Source: a virus | Lineage: Duplodnaviria; Caudoviricetes | Virus record (IMG/VR): IMGVR_UViG_3300048549_000170 | Location: 1-38,248 of that record | DNA: 38,248 bases | Reading direction: 5' to 3' (one strand) | Shown: positions 1-8,800 of the stretch, in pieces | Position numbering within the stretch: the first letter of the stretch is position 1 | How the letters are laid out: each line of letters opens with the position of its first letter | Notes under the pieces: generated by a model | Database searches by the model: none | What the model saw: only the letters and a program-made list of their open reading frames with translations | Told to the model about the DNA's origin: nothing | Translations under genes and position numbers: made by a program

Positions 1-150
1 GTGATAATGATGAACCACTCACCACAAAATCCAAAGGCAAGTAGATTTACTTCAATGTTAAAAGAAGCAGTAAAGAAAGTATGCAGGATGAACAAATTAG
101 ATTTTATAGATAGTGATGAAGTGTTTATGTTGGGTCAAGGGAATGCTTGA
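1..150 (+). CDS. hypothetical protein, probably 5'-truncated
   Basis: Frame 1 is open from base 1 (VIMMNHSPQNPK...GQGNA) to TGA at 148-150 and overlaps the next ATG at 143. Confidence 0.5.
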   Translation: MIMMNHSPQNPKASRFTSMLKEAVKKVCRMNKLDFIDSDEVFMLGQGNA

Positions 151-880
151 TATTAAAGACATATATGCAGGATACTTAAAGAAACTTAACGAGGAGAATC
201 GTATCAATAGATACGAGGATAGAGAGAGTTGGTTTCACGCATCATCCAGTGGGATGTGTATGCGTAAGATATACTACAATAGTATAGAGCAAGTAGAAGC
301 AGCACCAATAGATGACAACACACTAAGATTGTTTAGGCTAGGGGACTTGGTTCACAATGACATACAAGATGCATTGCAACTACACGCCGAGAAAGAGAAG
401 GTAGATGTCTTGATTGAAGAAGAGATACGAATACAAGACATCAATGTCAGAGGGTTCTTTGATATATGTATAGTAGATGATGATGCTATGTATGATGTTA
501 AGACTTGCAATAGTTTCAAGTGGAGGAACTTGTTTGGTAGAACACCAGACCCTGAACCTGCGGAGAACTATGCGTTGCAGCTCGGCACATATGCATACTG
601 GTATCAACAGAAGTATGATGTTGAATTACAGAAGTTAGCATTGCTATACTATAACAAAGACACTTCTCTGATGAGAGAAGTCAATGTCCCTAAGTCCTTT
701 ATTATCAAGGCTTACGAGTATTGGAAAGATGTGAATGAACGATTTAAAATTGGGATACCAGAGGTATCCTTAGGCACTGCACCAGTTTATGAGTGGGAGT
801 GTAATGTTAAATATTGTGGCTACTACAATCACTGCGGAGGTGGATTGAAGGGTCAAAGCAAATGGACAAAAGGGAGGTGA
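143..880 (+). CDS. Cas4-like / PD-(D/E)XK exonuclease with probable Fe-S cluster
   Basis: HASSSGMCMRK, GDLVH, GFFD...YDVKT, QLGTY, and C-terminal WECNVKYCGYYNHC (1+3 Cys pattern). The ATG at 143 is preferred to 113 because it couples to the upstream stop. Confidence 0.85.
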   Translation: MLDIKDIYAGYLKKLNEENRINRYEDRESWFHASSSGMCMRKIYYNSIEQVEAAPIDDNTLRLFRLGDLVHNDIQDALQLHAEKEKVDVLIEEEIRIQDINVRGFFDICIVDDDAMYDVKTCNSFKWRNLFGRTPDPEPAENYALQLGTYAYWYQQKYDVELQKLALLYYNKDTSLMREVNVPKSFIIKAYEYWKDVNERFKIGIPEVSLGTAPVYEWECNVKYCGYYNHCGGGLKGQSKWTKGR

Positions 881-1213
881 ATGAAGATGGGTAAAACATT
901 AGCAGATGGTAGAAAGAAAGCAGTTAGCACAAAGACATATGCAACTGGTAGAAAGAGACATACCAATGTTACTACTCTAAAAACAGGTAGAGCAAGAATA
1001 CAAGCAACTAATGGTAGACCAAGCAAGACCTTGTATGTTCTTAATCATTTAAAAGAACACGGCAAGATAACTTCTTGGGAGGCTATTCAGTTGTACAAAG
1101 CTACTAGATTATCAGGTATAATATTTACTTTGAAAGAACAGGGGTATGTAATTGAAACCACTGGCGGTCAAGGTAGAGACTTTGCTACATATCATTTAGT
1201 AGCCAGTTTTTAA
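881..1213 (+). CDS. winged helix-turn-helix DNA-binding protein with basic N-terminus
   Basis: VLNHLKEHGKITSWEAIQLYKATRLSGIIFTLKEQGYVIET is a typical phage wHTH; GGAGG RBS upstream. Confidence 0.8.
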   Translation: MKMGKTLADGRKKAVSTKTYATGRKRHTNVTTLKTGRARIQATNGRPSKTLYVLNHLKEHGKITSWEAIQLYKATRLSGIIFTLKEQGYVIETTGGQGRDFATYHLVASF

Positions 1214-1299
1214 TGTAGTGGGTCGTAAGCTCAAATCCTCACTCTCCTTTTATTGAGATTGGCTACAAGTGTGAGTTGATATGTTTGCGACCCTCTATA
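1214..1299 (+). ncRNA. candidate structured small RNA (hairpin 1)
   Basis: Nested stems: 1220-1230/1283-1293 (11 bp, with G-U pairs on the + strand), tcaa/ttga, ctcac/gtgag, tctc/gaga. Contains CTCTCCTTTT and TTGGCTAC. Confidence 0.6.
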
Positions 1300-1310
1300 A
1301 AAAAAAGTTG

Positions 1311-1337
1311 GGAACCTTTTATAATAAGGTTCGTATA
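1311..1337 (+). promoter_or_regulatory. ECF-sigma-like promoter GGAAC-N16-CGTATA
   Basis: Same motif as five other copies at 37231-38248; followed by TAAGGA RBS and ATG 1362. Confidence 0.7.
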
Positions 1338-1361
1338 TAAAATAAACATAAGGAAAGAACA

Positions 1362-1505
1362 ATGAGTAAATCAGAAAAAGCATTTGAATTACAAGAGAAG
1401 ATAGGAAGGTTGATTGATAAGTTAGATAAACTTGGATTTGAGTTTATGTATTACAATCATCAAAGTTCTATTAGAAGGAAGAGAGACAACAGTGAATCTA
1501 AGTAA
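1362..1505 (+). CDS. small hypothetical protein (47 aa, MSKSEKAFELQEK...)
   Basis: Not in ORF track; open frame read manually, with AAGGA RBS directly after the promoter motif. Confidence 0.7.
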   Translation: MSKSEKAFELQEKIGRLIDKLDKLGFEFMYYNHQSSIRRKRDNSESK

Positions 1506-1668
1506 TGATAGTGCTTGGGATATAAAAAAAGAAGGGCATTTAAATCCTAATAATATTATATTCCAAGACAAAAAGTATTTGGATTTATATAATAAAATGA
1601 AAGAAGTAGATGATGAAATCAAAGAAAGGAGACAAGCAAATGCAAACACTGAAACCAGTGGGCAATAG
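1492..1668 (+). CDS. small hypothetical protein
   Basis: GTG start within ORF 1432-1668; fills the gap between coupled genes. Confidence 0.55.
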   Translation: MNLSNDSAWDIKKEGHLNPNNIIFQDKKYLDLYNKMKEVDDEIKERRQANANTETSGQ

Positions 1669-1912
1669 AGTAGCTATTAGAATAGATGCTATCAAAGAAG
1701 AAACAGATAGTGGTATTGTTTTAGCACCATCCAATCAAGAGAAACAAAACAAAGGGGAAGTTGTATCTGTTGGGTTGGAAGTAAAAGATATTAATGTTGG
1801 AGACAGAGTATTATTTCCAGAGTATGCAGGAACTACACTTGTTTACAACGAAGAACAATTATTAATCATAAATGCTAAAGAATGTTTAGCAGTATTAAAG
1901 GAGAAACAATGA
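1640..1912 (+). CDS. groES: co-chaperonin GroES (Cpn10)
   Basis: LKPVGNRV, mobile loop EETDSGIVLA, GEVVSVG, VGDRVLFPEYAGT; AGGAG RBS before ATG 1640. Confidence 0.95.
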   Translation: MQTLKPVGNRVAIRIDAIKEETDSGIVLAPSNQEKQNKGEVVSVGLEVKDINVGDRVLFPEYAGTTLVYNEEQLLIINAKECLAVLKEKQ

Positions 1913-2586
1913 GAACAGAAACAACAATGTCTGAATCAATAAAGAATCTTGCAGAAGCACAGGTTAAGATTCAGAAAGAAATATCTGATATGCCTAAAGA
2001 TAGCAAAGGCTATGGATACAACTACACATCATATGATGCGTTAGTTAAATACCTTAGACCACTACTAACCAAACACGGTATATCGTTTGTTCAGATGCCA
2101 GTAGGCTCTGACAGCGAGATAGGTGTTGAGACTTTGTATATGCACACATCAGGAGAGTGGATTCGTAGTGCGGTGTGTTCACCAATTATAGAATCAAAAC
2201 AAATGAATGTGTATCAATCAGTAGGTGCAGCTATCACATACTTTAGAAGATATAGCTTATCTGCTTTCGTAGGTATTGCTAGTGATGAAGATAATGATGT
2301 GCAGTCTATCAAGGTTGATGCAAAGCCTGTAAAAAAGACAACACCAAAACCTAAGACAGCACAAGCTAAAGTAGACGGTGAACCTATATCATCCACAGAT
2401 GCAGTGATACTGCGTGGAATGTGTAAGAACTTAGGCAGTGATGTCAAGGAGAAAGTGAAAGAAGGACTGGAAACTAATCGTATCAATGCCAAGACAGTAG
2501 ACAAAACAAAAAATTGGCTACAAGGTTTGATAGATAAAGAAAGTCCTGAACTATCTGCCGATGATATAGAAAAAGTTTTCAGTTGA
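1909..2586 (+). CDS. erf: ERF-family ssDNA annealing protein
   Basis: GYNYTSYD, HTSGEWI, QSVGAAITYFRRYSLSAFVGIASDEDND signature. Confidence 0.92.
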   Translation: MRTETTMSESIKNLAEAQVKIQKEISDMPKDSKGYGYNYTSYDALVKYLRPLLTKHGISFVQMPVGSDSEIGVETLYMHTSGEWIRSAVCSPIIESKQMNVYQSVGAAITYFRRYSLSAFVGIASDEDNDVQSIKVDAKPVKKTTPKPKTAQAKVDGEPISSTDAVILRGMCKNLGSDVKEKVKEGLETNRINAKTVDKTKNWLQGLIDKESPELSADDIEKVFS

Positions 2587-2617
2587 TTATAGCCCACAAT
2601 ATAACTATCTTACAGAT

Positions 2618-2953
2618 ATGAAACCGAAAGAGGTTATAATTAACAAGAAAGTTGTAGGAATTGTAGAAGATGGAACACTATCAAAAGTGATAGACTCATC
2701 CAAACATTTACTACGAACACCACCTGCGATTGCTTTTGATGAATTGGCTCTGTCAAAAGCAGAAGAACAAGGTGCCTCAAAGATTAAAGTAAAGGATAAG
2801 CTTACAGGCATAACCTATTACTCTACCATTGAGGCAGTTCGTTCTCGTGGGTTTACTTTCAATAGAGGTTTTGGTAATCAAGTAGGATTATCCTTGACCG
2901 AATGGAGTAAGAATGAAGAGAGCCAAGTTAAAATTTTCGATACAGCAGAATAA
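2618..2953 (+). CDS. hypothetical phage protein
   Basis: 111-aa ORF in operon context. Confidence 0.7.
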   Translation: MKPKEVIINKKVVGIVEDGTLSKVIDSSKHLLRTPPAIAFDELALSKAEEQGASKIKVKDKLTGITYYSTIEAVRSRGFTFNRGFGNQVGLSLTEWSKNEESQVKIFDTAE

Positions 2954-2989
2954 AAAAGGAAATAGTAATATGCTGTATGATATACTAAC

Positions 2990-3018
2990 TTGCAAAGATA
3001 GTTGGATATATGTAGAAT
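2990..3018 (+). promoter_or_regulatory. sigma70-like promoter TTGCAA-N17-TAGAAT
   Basis: Intergenic, canonical spacing, upstream of the GAGGAG RBS of 3067. Confidence 0.5.
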
Positions 3019-3066
3019 ATTTTAAATTAAAAAAAACAAAACAACTATTAAAGAAAATAGAGGAGA

Positions 3067-3447
3067 ATGATAATGAATAAAAAAATAGCATTAGTATTGG
3101 CTGTGTTTATGTTGTTGGTAACCTATGTATTTTGGGTAGTCAAGACATACCAACCTGCTACATCAGAAGTATCGACAGCAGAATACACACCAGATAAAGT
3201 ATTACAATCAGAAATACCTGATAGTCCAGAGCTTACACCAGAAGAAAAAGTACAAGTTCAGGAAGAAATCAAAGAGACTTACAAAGAAATAGAAGATACA
3301 CTTGATGTAAAAAAGAAATCAGTAGAACAAATGCGTAATGAAGTTCATCAAATCTTGAATGAGATTGTTGAAGAAGATACCACAGTAGTTATATCTTTTA
3401 ATATGACTGTTAAAAACCCATTAGCATATGAAACAAAAGAAAACTAA
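3067..3447 (+). CDS. membrane-anchored hypothetical protein
   Basis: N-terminal KK followed by hydrophobic IALVLAVFMLLVTYVFWVV, then acidic coiled coil; strong RBS. Confidence 0.75.
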   Translation: MIMNKKIALVLAVFMLLVTYVFWVVKTYQPATSEVSTAEYTPDKVLQSEIPDSPELTPEEKVQVQEEIKETYKEIEDTLDVKKKSVEQMRNEVHQILNEIVEEDTTVVISFNMTVKNPLAYETKEN

Positions 3448-3691
3448 ACTAACATATAAAGATATGGTAAACATTCTATCAGGATTTGATAGGCAAATAC
3501 AAGCATTATACACAGAACTACACGGTATAAAGTTTTTATTAAACTCATATCTTGATATGAATGAAGATGTAGATAAACTTACAGAATTTGTGGAGGCAAA
3601 AATTGGCAAAGAAAAAGACGCACCAACAGAGGGGAAGAAGAAACAGACAAAGGGGAGCAGAGCTACAAAGATTAGCAGTAAACCTAGCTAA
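3428..3691 (+). CDS. hypothetical protein
   Basis: 87-aa ORF overlapping its neighbours. Confidence 0.65.
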   Translation: MKQKKTKLTYKDMVNILSGFDRQIQALYTELHGIKFLLNSYLDMNEDVDKLTEFVEAKIGKEKDAPTEGKKKQTKGSRATKISSKPS

Positions 3692-3938
3692 AGAGTATGA
3701 GTTAGAAGCACACAACAGAGACAGAGGCGGTGCTTGTCATCCATTAGGAGATATATTAATTGAAGATAAATACTATGGGTGTAAGATGCGTAAATCTTTG
3801 CCATCATATTTACTGCCTGAAAAAGAAGAAGTAGGTGTAGTAATAAGGGCTGATAGATTAAAGCCTAGTATTGTAATATATTTAGAAGACTTCCTTTTAA
3901 TGTTAAAACTATTGAAAGAAGTTGGCAATGAAACGTAG
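3588..3938 (+). CDS. Hjc-like Holliday junction resolvase / PD-(D/E)XK nuclease
   Basis: RGRRNRQRGAELQR N-terminal helix, GDILI, then GCK where ExK is expected; start uncertain (GTG 3588 or TTG 3603). Confidence 0.6.
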   Translation: MWRQKLAKKKTHQQRGRRNRQRGAELQRLAVNLAKEYELEAHNRDRGGACHPLGDILIEDKYYGCKMRKSLPSYLLPEKEEVGVVIRADRLKPSIVIYLEDFLLMLKLLKEVGNET

Positions 3939-4116
3939 TGCAATCATATCGGTTTATAAAAAATTAATAGACGCAGGAAAGATTACAAGCAAAGGTATAG
4001 AACGATACAATGAATTAGTTGGTGAGTATCGTAAAAAATTATTAAGTTCTTCTGACTCAAGAAGAGTTGTTAGAGCTAGGAAGTATAAGTATAAAAAAGT
4101 AAAGGATGATAAATGA
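3928..4116 (+). CDS. small basic hypothetical protein
   Basis: ATG 3928; stop overlaps next start (ATGA). Confidence 0.6.
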   Translation: MKRSAIISVYKKLIDAGKITSKGIERYNELVGEYRKKLLSSSDSRRVVRARKYKYKKVKDDK

Positions 4117-4379
4117 AAATGGATTTTAAAGATATACAGATTACATTTAAGTTTAGATTAGAAGAACTTGAAAATATGATAGAGGTATATACTAGACAGC
4201 CACATAAATCAAAACTTGAAGATGGTATAAGGCACGACCTTAGAAACATCAGAGTTAAAGTAGAAGATAGAATTAATTTAGAAAAAGAAGCAGCAGCACA
4301 GAGACCATCTGAAGATATGAGAGAGACTTCAGCTAATCCTGTATCTGTTGAACACATAAAGGAGACATCAAATGAGTGA
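4113..4379 (+). CDS. hypothetical protein
   Basis: AAGGA RBS, coupled ORF. Confidence 0.7.
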   Translation: MKMDFKDIQITFKFRLEELENMIEVYTRQPHKSKLEDGIRHDLRNIRVKVEDRINLEKEAAAQRPSEDMRETSANPVSVEHIKETSNE

Positions 4380-4632
4380 TTTTGTACCAAAACCAAACAC
4401 AGCAAACCTATTCTTTAATGACGTAGGTGACAATCCAAGGAGACCTAATTGGAAAACAATAGGCACTGTTACTTTCAACGGAGTTGAGGGTAAAATATCA
4501 GGTTGGACCAAGACAGCTAAGAATGGCAATGATTATATATCTATTGTATTTGAAAGCAATAATGAATATGATTCAAAGAGGGGTCAGGCAACACCATCAT
4601 CGCAACAACAAGATGATGATATGCCGTTTTAA
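4372..4632 (+). CDS. small SSB-like ssDNA-binding protein
   Basis: beta-rich core (KISGWTKTAKNGNDYISI) and acidic C-terminal DDDMPF tail typical of SSBs. Confidence 0.75.
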   Translation: MSDFVPKPNTANLFFNDVGDNPRRPNWKTIGTVTFNGVEGKISGWTKTAKNGNDYISIVFESNNEYDSKRGQATPSSQQQDDDMPF

Positions 4633-4638
4633 TTATTA

Positions 4639-4699
4639 GGTGTCAAGTAGTTTTTTGGGTTTTATCATTTACCTCTGTTTTCCTTTACTGCTTGACACC
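4639..4699 (+). ncRNA. candidate small RNA (hairpin 2) with anti-RBS loop
   Basis: 13-bp stem 4639-4651/4687-4699 (one G-U) enclosing a 35-nt pyrimidine-rich loop. Confidence 0.6.
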
Positions 4700-4705
4700 G
4701 TACAC

Positions 4706-4842
4706 TTGGGCTAACATTTTAAAACAACAAAAACAATTAAGGCATTTGAAGGAGTGTCGCAGGTAACCAATCCTGTCTAACCTTTTGTTAATGCTCTAAT
4801 AAGATTATTGTTTGTAAATGGGTTGGCTACTCGTTAGCCCAA
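4706..4842 (+). ncRNA. candidate structured RNA (hairpin 3)
   Basis: Perfect 10-bp stem 4706-4715/4833-4842, with nested aaacaat/attgttt, gcatt/aatgc, aagg/cctt and gcagg/cctgt; TTGGCTAC at 4823-4830. Confidence 0.65.
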
Positions 4843-4851
4843 AAAAATATT

Positions 4852-5007
4852 ATGATAGATAAAAAAACATATAAAAAATACAAAAAACTTCTTGATATGC
4901 TCAAAGAAGAAGATAACAATTTAAAGAAGTATCGTTTGTTAGATAAAAAAAACAGAGAAAAACATATACTAAGAAGTTTAGAAGATAAGGAGGATAAGTA
5001 TGGATAA
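4852..5007 (+). CDS. small Lys-rich hypothetical protein (51 aa)
   Basis: Read manually: MIDKKTYKKYKK...DKYG. Confidence 0.5.
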   Translation: MIDKKTYKKYKKLLDMLKEEDNNLKKYRLLDKKNREKHILRSLEDKEDKYG

Positions 5008-5167
5008 AAAAATAGGACCTAAGTATGATGTTTGGGGTAAGAAACCAAAGCTAACACCAGAGGAAAGACAGAAGAATGTTAAATCATATCCTGCATTCTC
5101 AAAAGAAAGATATGAGTTAGAAGAAGAGTTTAATGCTAAGTATGGTAGAGGTTGGAGATTAAAATGA
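5000..5167 (+). CDS. small hypothetical protein (55 aa)
   Basis: Read manually: MDKKIGPKYDVWG...GWRLK; AAGGAGG RBS; ATGA overlap with next gene. Confidence 0.7.
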   Translation: MDKKIGPKYDVWGKKPKLTPEERQKNVKSYPAFSKERYELEEEFNAKYGRGWRLK

Positions 5168-5556
5168 TTTCTCCTTATAAAAAACAATACGAGGTATTAA
5201 AAAAAGAATACGAACAGTTGTCAAAAGAATTAGACAAGTATGCTGATTTAAACTTAGGTAAATTTAAAGACCGTAAAGGCTTGATAAAGAAGTTATATAA
5301 ACTTGAAAGAGAATTAGCAAAAGAAAAAATGATGAATAAATATTCTACGGAATACTTAGCTATTATAGTTTGGCTTTATGGTATTGATGAAGAAAAGTAT
5401 AATAAAGTAGTTCAAGATATATGTAGAAAAATATATGATGATTATGAATGGAAGTCAGAAATACTAGGATATGATTTTTTGCATATGCATCTTTCTGAAA
5501 ATAATGAATATGCTAATGAACTATTCGATTTATTTCACCCAGAAGATGAAGAATAA
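5164..5556 (+). CDS. hypothetical protein
   Basis: ATG 5164 overlaps the upstream TGA; N-terminal coiled coil. Confidence 0.7.
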   Translation: MISPYKKQYEVLKKEYEQLSKELDKYADLNLGKFKDRKGLIKKLYKLERELAKEKMMNKYSTEYLAIIVWLYGIDEEKYNKVVQDICRKIYDDYEWKSEILGYDFLHMHLSENNEYANELFDLFHPEDEE

Positions 5557-5740
5557 CGATAAGATTTTAAAATTAATAAAGCAGCGTCTTGAAGATGGTG
5601 CTAAAAAGTATGGGGAGCAAGTTCCTATTGATGGAAGTAGGGACAATCTTAAAGAAAGTATAGAGGAATTGTTAGACCTATGTGTCTATTTGTCCGCTGT
5701 TGCCCTGGAACTACACGAAAAATACCGAAATGCTAAATGA
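5546..5740 (+). CDS. small all-alpha NTP pyrophosphohydrolase (MazG-like) domain protein
   Basis: RLEDGAKKYG...ESIEELLDLCVY acidic helical motif. Confidence 0.55.
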   Translation: MKNNDKILKLIKQRLEDGAKKYGEQVPIDGSRDNLKESIEELLDLCVYLSAVALELHEKYRNAK

Positions 5741-5864
5741 AGCACTAGGTTGTGCCTTCAGGGCAATCAGTGTAATTAGTTGATAGTTATATCCAAAAGA
5801 AAAAGATAATGGATTTTAGGGCTATTCTCGTAAGGAAAATTTTAGATAAGTGTCAAAAAAATTA

Positions 5865-8800
5865 CTATTGTAGTTCTTTACTACGTTTCTCTTGTTTTTT
5901 TCTGACCAATTCATAAATGTCAGCAACTGATGGTTCTAATATAGGATAGTCAGGGTTGGCTTCATTCCAATTATTCAATATGATTCTAGCCTTTTTCTTT
6001 TCACCTGCATATATTGCTTCTAATATTTCTTTATTTACTCTAGTCTTTTGATATTTTAGTTTACCATCTAACTGTTCTGCTGACTGAAATCTTTTTGCTA
6101 AGTTGTTTGTATTCCCACCTAATATTTTACTATATCTTGTTAAAGACCTACGACTTGCACCTACAATTCCATAGTCTCCTGTTTCATTAATTAATTGTGA
6201 AGTAGCATCATATACTTTTTCTATATCAGATAGAATGACAGGTGTCACAATAAATCTTAAGTTTTGCATTTTATCTTCTGCAGCTAACACATCTCCCATT
6301 ATACCCGTAGCTCCAACAGCAGCTAATTTATCTACAACAAATTCTGCTTGACGAAAATCATAATCATCTCTACCAGATAACACTTTGCCTAGTGTATCAT
6401 ATGCCCAAAGCAATGCACTTCCTCCCAACTGAGCAGCTACTGCTAATCTTGCAACAGGCAATACATTACCATAAGATAGTTCTCTTGATAATCCATCCTT
6501 AATAAATTTAGCTTGTTTTAAAGGGAATGTTTTTAATGTAACAAAAGGTCTAAACTTTGGATGTGTCATCCATAACAATTCTTTTGTATGGTTTCTTAAT
6601 AATTGTGAATCTCTACTATACCTAATGGCACCACGAGTAAGTTGTTCTTTAGATAGTTCTTTACCATTAAATACGATACCATAGTCTCTATACAATTTAT
6701 CTTTTGCCCAAGCTTCTCTTGATTGACCAGCTAAAGTTTCCTTTCTAATTTTATCTTTTATATTTTTAGGTACACTGGTTCCACTAAATAGTCCTGATTT
6801 ACCTTGTGCTATTTTGTTAAGGTATCCCATCATATCGTGACCAATAGCAGCAGAGGTGTAAATATTCCATCTGTTAATAAAATTAAAACCTGAAGCTGTT
6901 GTAGTTATGTTAGCTAATTTTTCAGAAAAAGTTTCTGCAGGTTTAATTCCAGTCAATACTTCTAAGTGCCTTATGTTTGCATTTCTTTCTAACCCAGCTT
7001 CTCCTCTAAACTTCTTTCCTTTTTTAGTAACAGAGTTTACAAATGCAGGTAAACCTACTGAATAATTACCAAACAATAAACTAGAAATCATAGGCTGAGT
7101 CATATTTGCTGCGGTAGCAGTACCTAATCCAATCTTTGTTCCAATGGTAAAATTAGTAGTAGCTCTAAATAAGTTCTTAACTTTTGGACTGTAATTATGA
7201 AAAGGCATTGTTTCAATAGCACCTGTAGCTCTAATTAAAACATCAGTCAAAGCATTAGCACTAAACATATCGCCTTTATTTTCTAAGGTTCTTATAATCT
7301 GTTCAATTTTACCATACTGCATATCTCCAGCTCTTACCCCTAAATGTCTTGCTCTTGCAACTTGGTCTCCCCAAGTGTTTGCATAATTCATAAAGTTTGC
7401 AACTCCATCTGTTTCAAATATGTCTGCACTGTATGCTTTCTTTTTTTTGTCCCATTTAATATAAGTGTCTCTACCCTTCTTCATATTGTGAAATGTTTTG
7501 TTATACACTGAATTTAAATCATTTCTAATATTTAAATATTGTCTATAATAATCGTCACCTGATTGTTCTTTTAAAAATGATAGATAGCTTCTAACTCCAG
7601 CATTGGAATTATTTTTAATCTCATTATCTAATTTTCTTTTTAAGAATGCTTGTTGGTCTTTTGTAAAATCTTTTCCTAGTTGTAATGCGTCATCTAAGCT
7701 TGGTCTCTCTTGTACTAATTTCAATCTAATTTCTGTCAGCTTATCTTTTACATCTAATCTTAAATCTCTCATTGCATATTGTTTAACAAATGGTTGTATG
7801 CGTGGGTCAAGCTTTGCATATTCTTCGTACATATCTGATAAAGCTGCCCTTACTTTTTTAGCTGTATTATCTAACATACTATCAGGCAATGTTTCTAATT
7901 GCTCAGTAAGTTTAATTCTATCTTTTCTATTCATTTTAGAAAGCATACCGTCTGTAATACCGTGTTTATCAAATATGTTTGCTATCACCGCATCTTTATC
8001 AATAGAATATTCATCTAATATTTTTAATCCTTGTCTTGCTTCTGCCTTAGCACCCACTCTTCTTACAATAGCTTCAGGTGTAGCAAAAGGAGAAGTTCTT
8101 AATCCAAAAATACTTGGTAATGTTTCTGCTCTAAATGTTAATAGCTTACTAAAAAGTCCTCTATCTACATTATCTATGTCTAACATCTTGATTTCTCTTT
8201 CTACATTATCTTTCATTCTTTGTCCCTGCACTAATCGTACTTGTTCATACTTTTGTTTTGGGGACATTTTATTTAAGTCGGTTCTTAATTTAAGTTTAGG
8301 ATATTCTTTGGATGCGTCAGTAATAATTTTATCTAATTGAGCTACGGGTGCTAAGTCCCCTTTGTCTACACGATATTGTGTAAGAAACTCGTTCTTATTC
8401 ATTTTTTGTGTAACATTTGAATCTAATGCTCTAAACTCAACTTTATTCTTAGATGAGCTTACAACTTGTATCGCACCTTCATTACCAAAAAACAGTTGCG
8501 GTTTTGCCAGGTTGCTAAAACTTTCTCTTTGTAGTGTTTCATCTCTTAATTGTTTTTCTTTAGTAGTTAAATCTCTATTACCAAATTTTCTTTTAGACTC
8601 TTCAACTCTATTTACAACACTGCCTTTCATACCAGTTAATCCAGATGATACAATTTTAATACCACCTATAACAGCAGCTGTATGTGCTAAGTCTTGTGGA
8701 CTGGGTAATAGTTTACCTTCTGCAAAGGTATATGGTTGTGTAAATCCTAAGACCTCACCACCTGTACCAAGAGTAGCTTTTAGCATATTAGGAGCTTTTT

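Noticed and set aside
2513-2524. ATTGGCTACAAG in erf, identical to 1258-1269 of hairpin 1
   Set aside because: Same sense and inside coding sequence; a single 12-mer match cannot be distinguished from chance without homologues
5741-5864. Bidirectional terminator between the convergent modules
   Set aside because: Only weak 4-bp stems (TGCC/GGCA) without a convincing U-tract
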